Below, piece after piece: positions 59,413-64,000 of a stretch of DNA of 64,000 nucleotides. The number at the start of each line of letters is the position of its first letter. Positions within the stretch are counted from its first letter, which is position 1. The notes under the pieces were generated by a model. The model did not search any database and was not told where the DNA came from. It worked only from the letters and a program-made list of their open reading frames with translations. The position numbers and the translations under genes are program-made. The DNA comes from Chitinophaga pinensis (GTDB lineage Bacteria; Bacteroidota; Bacteroidia; 2-12-FULL-35-15): the NCBI GenBank assembly GCA_945879015.1, contig CAMCUO010000001.1:42659-106658 (forward strand), read 5' to 3'.

Positions 59413-59842
59413 ATGAAAAAAAATATGCTTTCAATTATTTTATTCTTCTTTTCATTTTTTTGCTTTTTCACAAGAAGTGACGATGGAGTCTACTTTAACA
59501 TCTCAAGTGCTTAAATCCTGCCAATTAAAGGTTGATTCATGGAAAGATTGGAATAAGATTTATCAGCATTGGATGAAAAATGAATACCACAAAATATTGA
59601 AAGAGAATAAATTAAAAATGAATTGCAACGGGTGTAAAAATATTTATTTAGATGTGATTTTGAATATTAATTTAACTCGGAAAATGACTTTTTATAAACT
59701 CGTAAACAGCAAAAAATGTTTTGAAAAGTTCTCTAAGAAATTAGAAATTCGTTTTATGAAATCGTTTTTTAATCTAGAGTTTCCTCAATCTTTAAGAAGC
59801 ATGTATTTTGAGGCAATGATCGGGGCGGGGTTGAAGTGTTAA
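59413..59842 (+). CDS. Hypothetical secreted protein, apparently frameshifted at a T7 tract (signal peptide in one frame, body in another)
   Basis: ATG at 59413 encodes MKKNMLSIILFFFSFF..., then the ORF body 59477-59842 is in the +1 frame. Removing one T from the T7 tract at 59455-59461 gives a continuous 143 aa protein with an ...FFAFSQ-E signal-peptidase site. Confidence 0.4.
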
Positions 59843-59865
59843 GAGAATACGATACTAGCCGCAGA

Positions 59866-59981
59866 TTTGCAGATTAAAAATAATAATAATTAATTGTGGC
59901 CGATTTTCTTAGGCTTATAGTAACAGGAATAGAATCATCCGAAATTAAAACACACAGAAAAATCTGCGAATCTGCGGCTAA
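59866..59981. repeat. 19 bp inverted repeat pair (tagccgcagatttgcagat / atctgcgaatctgcggcta) separated by 78 nt
   Basis: The two arms match at 18 of 19 bases and lie intergenically between convergent genes. Confidence 0.6.
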
Positions 59982-60009
59982 ATACCCCGCATATTTGCAA
60001 ACGGTTGTT

Positions 60010-60372
60010 TTACCCATGATAAACTTTTGAATAAACAATCAATCCATTCTCAATTTCCAACAATTCTGCCACCTGCATATCTTCTTCATTCTCCACTTTT
60101 CGGATATATTCCATAAAAACTCGTGTTTCGTTTGCAGTCAAATTCGCTATCTCATAATGCAAGGTAGGCAATCGTTCAAAAGCATCTTTCCACCAAGCTC
60201 TTAGCGCATCTTTTCCAGTTACAAGCCCATTTGTTTCAGGTTTTCGGATTTTCAATTTCGGGCTGTAATGCTTTGCTTGGTAATGATACAAGGACAATAA
60301 CTTTTCCAAATCATGGGAATTAAAGGCTTCAAACCAAGCTTTTGCTACTATTTCGTTTTTCTGTGCTGACAT
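60010..60372 (-). CDS. NTF2-like / SnoaL-like domain protein
   Basis: About 120 aa, with KAWFEAFNSHDLEKLLSLY... typical of SnoaL-like polyketide-cyclase-fold proteins. Confidence 0.5.
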   Translation of the reverse strand: MSAQKNEIVAKAWFEAFNSHDLEKLLSLYHYQAKHYSPKLKIRKPETNGLVTGKDALRAWWKDAFERLPTLHYEIANLTANETRVFMEYIRKVENEEDMQVAELLEIENGLIVYSKVYHG

Positions 60373-60555
60373 ATGAATTTTGACTCATAAATATAGCATT
60401 TTTTCAAGAAATTGGACCTAAAAATTGTTTTTAAACCCTTAATAAAATCAATAGATTTTGCTATTTTTACAGATTAAGCAAGGGCTTGAATAAAAATCAA
60501 AATATTCATAGCTGACCTGCCTGTCGGCAGAGAGGTTTTCTATTTATTATACTTT

Positions 60556-61581
60556 ATGACAATTAAAAACGATTTAATATTACGGGCAGCAAGAGGCGAA
60601 AAAGTGGAAAGAACTCCCGTTTGGCTTATGCGACAAGCAGGAAGAGTATTGCCTGAATACAGAGAAGTAAGAGCCAAAATGGGTGGTTTTAAAGAATTGG
60701 TTGAAACACCCGAATTTGCCTGTGAAGTGACCATTCAGCCTGTGGATATTTTAGGCGTGGATGCTGCTATCATCTTTTCAGATATTCTAGTAATCCCAGA
60801 AGCAATGGGGCTTCCATACCAAATGATTGAAGCAAAAGGTCCTTGGTTTGAAAAAACAATAAAATCTGCAGCTGATGTTGCTCAAATTCGTGTTGCCCAG
60901 GGAACTGATTTGCATTATGTATTGGATGCTATAAAATTAACCAAGAAAGAGTTGAACGGAAGAGTTCCGCTTATTGGTTTTGCTGGCGCTCCATGGACAA
61001 TTTTTGCTTATATGATTGAAGGAAGTGGTAGTAAAACATTTTCAAAAGCCAAGAAATTTCTATACACTCAACCTGAAACGGCTCACCTATTGTTGCAAAA
61101 AATTACGGATAGCACTATCAACTACTTAAATGCTCAAATTGTTGCAGGAGCAGATATGTTGCAATTGTTTGATAGTTGGGCTGGAGTTTTATCTCCTGAG
61201 CAATACAATGAGTTTGCAATAAAATACATCACTCAAATTTGCGATGCTATTAAAGATGTGCCATTTACTGTGTTTGCAAAAGATGCGCATTTTGCCCGTA
61301 AACAAATGGGTTTGTTAAGTTGCGATACAATTGGTCTCGACTGGACAATGAACATAGCAGAATCTCGTTTACTAATCGGTGAAAACAAAACCTTACAAGG
61401 CAATATGGATCCTTGTTTGTTGTATTCCGATTATGCAACGATTAAAGCTGAGGCACAAAAAATGTTAAAAGCTTTTGGTCCTCACCGACACATTGCAAAC
61501 TTAGGTCATGGTTTGTATCCCGATTTAGAGAAAGATAAAGTGAAATGTTTTGTCGATACAATTAAAGAATTCCGATTTTAA
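60556..61581 (+). CDS. hemE: Uroporphyrinogen decarboxylase
   Basis: [21 protein letters not shown] and the family-wide pattern are present. Confidence 0.95.
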   Translation: MTIKNDLILRAARGEKVERTPVWLMRQAGRVLPEYREVRAKMGGFKELVETPEFACEVTIQPVDILGVDAAIIFSDILVIPEAMGLPYQMIEAKGPWFEKTIKSAADVAQIRVAQGTDLHYVLDAIKLTKKELNGRVPLIGFAGAPWTIFAYMIEGSGSKTFSKAKKFLYTQPETAHLLLQKITDSTINYLNAQIVAGADMLQLFDSWAGVLSPEQYNEFAIKYITQICDAIKDVPFTVFAKDAHFARKQMGLLSCDTIGLDWTMNIAESRLLIGENKTLQGNMDPCLLYSDYATIKAEAQKMLKAFGPHRHIANLGHGLYPDLEKDKVKCFVDTIKEFRF

Positions 61582-61586
61582 TTTGA

Positions 61587-62684
61587 ATGCATAAAAAAAC
61601 AAAAAATAATAGAACAGTTTTTCTAAAAGCGATTTTGTTTTTAGCTGTTCTGTTGTTTTCTGTTTCATTATTTCCTCAGGAAAAAACAGGAAAAAATCTT
61701 ATTCCTAATCCTAGTTTCGAAGAACGTAAAAGTAAAGGAAGTGATATCAAAGCAGCTATTCCTTGGAAAGGTGTTGGAACGGTTGATTATTATTTGAAAC
61801 CAGATAAAAGAGATGGTTCTCAATACAAAGGTGCAAGAACTGGAATAAGTTATGCTGGTTTACGTTTTCAGGCAGATTACAAAGAATACATGCATGTGAA
61901 GTTGTTAGAAACGTTGGAAAAAGGGGAAGTGTATGAATTTAAAATGTACATACGTTTGCTGGAATCCGAAAATGTAACAGTAACAGTTAAACAATTGGGT
62001 GCATTTTTTTCAGCAGAAGAATTTAGAATCGGAATGGAATTTAATGAAGAAGGATTAGTTGATACAAATTATAGCAAAGGAATTTCTGGAACATTAAATT
62101 GGATATTAATTCAAGGAGATTTTACCGCAAGTGGAAATGAGAAGTATATGATTATTGGAAATTTTAGAACAAAAATGAAAGACGACTTTGTTAAAAAAAA
62201 CAAATGGAGCCTGTTCGCATTTCAAGAAGCCTATTACTATATTGATGATATTTCATTAAGTAAAAAAAATCCAGAAGACGATTCTCCTAAGTATGATACT
62301 GAAGGTGGAGTTGTTAATTGGCTTCCTCATGCTTTTCATGCCGGGAAAACCTTTGAAATAAAAAATTTATTTTTCGAAAAAGGAACTTCAAAGTTGATGA
62401 GCGAGTCGGATAAAGCGTTAGATGAATTGGTAAAGATGCTAATAGATAATCTTTCTACAACTATTCAACTAAACGGACATATGGATAAGTTTGGTGATGA
62501 GGCAGTTGAAAAACAACTTTCCAAAGAACGAGCAAAAGCAGTTTACGATTATTTTAAATCACATGGAGTCACAAATCAAATGAGCTTTAAAGGTATGGGT
62601 TCAACACAACCAGTAGCTCCGAATGATTCAGAAGAGTACAAAGCAAAAAACAGAAGAGTGGAAGTTATTATTATAAAAGAATAA
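61587..62684 (+). CDS. OmpA-family protein (C-terminal OmpA peptidoglycan-binding domain)
   Basis: A signal/transmembrane N-terminus is followed by a C-terminal OmpA motif NRRVEVII. Confidence 0.75.
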   Translation: MHKKTKNNRTVFLKAILFLAVLLFSVSLFPQEKTGKNLIPNPSFEERKSKGSDIKAAIPWKGVGTVDYYLKPDKRDGSQYKGARTGISYAGLRFQADYKEYMHVKLLETLEKGEVYEFKMYIRLLESENVTVTVKQLGAFFSAEEFRIGMEFNEEGLVDTNYSKGISGTLNWILIQGDFTASGNEKYMIIGNFRTKMKDDFVKKNKWSLFAFQEAYYYIDDISLSKKNPEDDSPKYDTEGGVVNWLPHAFHAGKTFEIKNLFFEKGTSKLMSESDKALDELVKMLIDNLSTTIQLNGHMDKFGDEAVEKQLSKERAKAVYDYFKSHGVTNQMSFKGMGSTQPVAPNDSEEYKAKNRRVEVIIIKE

Positions 62685-62700
62685 TTTAAAACTAAAACCT

Positions 62701-64000
62701 ATGGCAGAAATTGTAAAAGGGAATAAAAAAATTATCAATGCATGGGTGACATATGACCTTGCAAACTCGGTTTATAACTTAGTAATCACGGCAACTATAT
62801 TTCCTATCTATTATATGGCTCAAACGGTTACTAAAGATGATGCTGGAGATATTACTTCGAATATAGTTTCCTTTTTTGGAATTGAATTCAAAAATACCAC
62901 ACTCTATGATTTTGCAATAGCATTTGCATTTTTAGTTGTTGCGTTTCTATCTCCACTTTTATCGGGTATTGCCGATTATGGTGGTAATAAGAAACGGTTT
63001 ATGCAGTTTTTCTGTTATCTGGGAGCTACAGCTTGTTCTCTCATGTATTTTTTCGACAAAAATAATCCATATAGTTTGTACGTAGGACTTTCATTAGCAG
63101 TTTTGGCTTGTATAGGATATGCAGGGAGTTTAGTTTTCTATAATTCCTACCTTCCAGAAATTGCTCCCAAAGAAATGCAAGATAAAGTAAGTGCAAAGGG
63201 TTTTGCTATGGGATACATTGGCAGTTCTTTGCTTTTGATAGTCAATTTGATTATGGTATTACATCCCGAATGGTTTGGCTGGCTTAAAGAGGATGGTACT
63301 CCTGATAAAGGTTTTGCCACTCGTATTTCATTTATTTTGGTTGGTTTGTGGTGGTTTGGATTTTCGCAGATCACATTTTATCATTTACCGAAGGCTAAAA
63401 GTGCAAAGCAAAAAAATTCTGAAGGACATTATCTGACCCAGGGATTCAGAGAATTAAAAAAGGTTTGGAAGGAATTAAAACATAACAGACAATTAACCTG
63501 TTTTTTACCAGCATTTTTTATTTATAGTATGGGAGTTCAAACGGTAATGTTAGTAGCAAATCATTTTGGTGCCGATGAAATTAAAATGGAATCAGGGCAA
63601 TTAATCACAACCATTTTAATTATTCAGTTTGTTGCTATGGCTGGTTCATTTTTGTTTTCATACATTTCACGTAAGACGGGAAATTTATTTACACTTAAAT
63701 TGGCGACACTACTTTGGTCAGCAATTTGCCTATGTACGTTCTTGTTTGTATATACTCCTGTTCATTTTTATATAGTGGCGGCATTTGTAGGTTTGGTAAT
63801 GGGAGGAATTCAAGCGCTTTCTCGTTCTACTTATTCAAAAATGCTTCCTGAAACCGATGACAATGCTTCTTATTTCAGTTTCTATGATGTATGTGAAAAA
63901 TTAAGTATAGTATTTGGGATGTTAACTTTTGGAATTATAAATGAATGTAGTTCAACAATGCGAACTCCTATTTTTGCTCTTGTTACATTTTTTGTAATTG
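62701..64000 (+). CDS. MFS transporter (UMF1 / Atg22-like), 3' end beyond the window
   Basis: ATG at 62701, with the frame open to the window end. Repeated transmembrane helices begin AWVTYDLANSVYNLVITATIFPIYY. Confidence 0.7.
   Translation, partial: MAEIVKGNKKIINAWVTYDLANSVYNLVITATIFPIYYMAQTVTKDDAGDITSNIVSFFGIEFKNTTLYDFAIAFAFLVVAFLSPLLSGIADYGGNKKRFMQFFCYLGATACSLMYFFDKNNPYSLYVGLSLAVLACIGYAGSLVFYNSYLPEIAPKEMQDKVSAKGFAMGYIGSSLLLIVNLIMVLHPEWFGWLKEDGTPDKGFATRISFILVGLWWFGFSQITFYHLPKAKSAKQKNSEGHYLTQGFRELKKVWKELKHNRQLTCFLPAFFIYSMGVQTVMLVANHFGADEIKMESGQLITTILIIQFVAMAGSFLFSYISRKTGNLFTLKLATLLWSAICLCTFLFVYTPVHFYIVAAFVGLVMGGIQALSRSTYSKMLPETDDNASYFSFYDVCEKLSIVFGMLTFGIINECSSTMRTPIFALVTFFVI

Overview
This 64 kb window is AT-rich (about one-third GC) chromosomal DNA from a Bacteroidetes organism, most likely a Flavobacteriia-type gliding bacterium. 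The core content is housekeeping genes, one integrated island and several interspersed repeat families.

Genes in order:
- Division and chaperones: ftsA (5' end lies upstream of the window) and ftsZ, a GatB/YqeY gene, then a minus-strand block of miaB, a sigma-54 activator, an LptE-like lipoprotein, a hypothetical gene, secG, groES and groEL.
- topA, then the type IX secretion/gliding core: porP/sprF, gldK, gldL, gldM, gldN and gldO, preceded by an arginase-fold gene with degenerate metal ligands.
- A complete his operon (hisG, hisD, hisC, hisB, hisH, hisA, hisF, hisIE) preceded by a His-codon leader peptide and terminator/antiterminator.
- A SiaB/SiaC-like kinase and phospho-acceptor pair.
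- An island of about 5.8 kb at an initiator tRNA-Met gene: a Type III restriction-modification system (mod, res), a divergent HTH regulator and a REP-associated tyrosine transposase (RAYT), bounded by three doublets of a 32 bp palindromic REP.
- era, der, metK, a DUF559 endonuclease-like gene flanked by perfect GC-rich 22 bp inverted repeats, an M13 peptidase, a GldA-like ABC ATPase, rsgA, dtd, an FtsX-like permease, a secreted ankyrin protein, aconitase, a bestrophin, hemE, an OmpA-domain protein and a 3'-truncated MFS transporter.

Most interesting observations:
1. A 23 bp palindromic repeat unit occurs intergenically and also in one fixed reading frame inside ftsZ and a secG-adjacent gene, resembling the Rickettsia palindromic element phenomenon.
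2. The R-M island is bracketed by REPIN-like REP doublets together with a RAYT.
3. The DUF559 gene forms a compact inverted-repeat-flanked unit inserted in the metK leader region.
4. A classic his attenuator is present.
5. A 7-T tract splits a secreted protein gene from its signal peptide.
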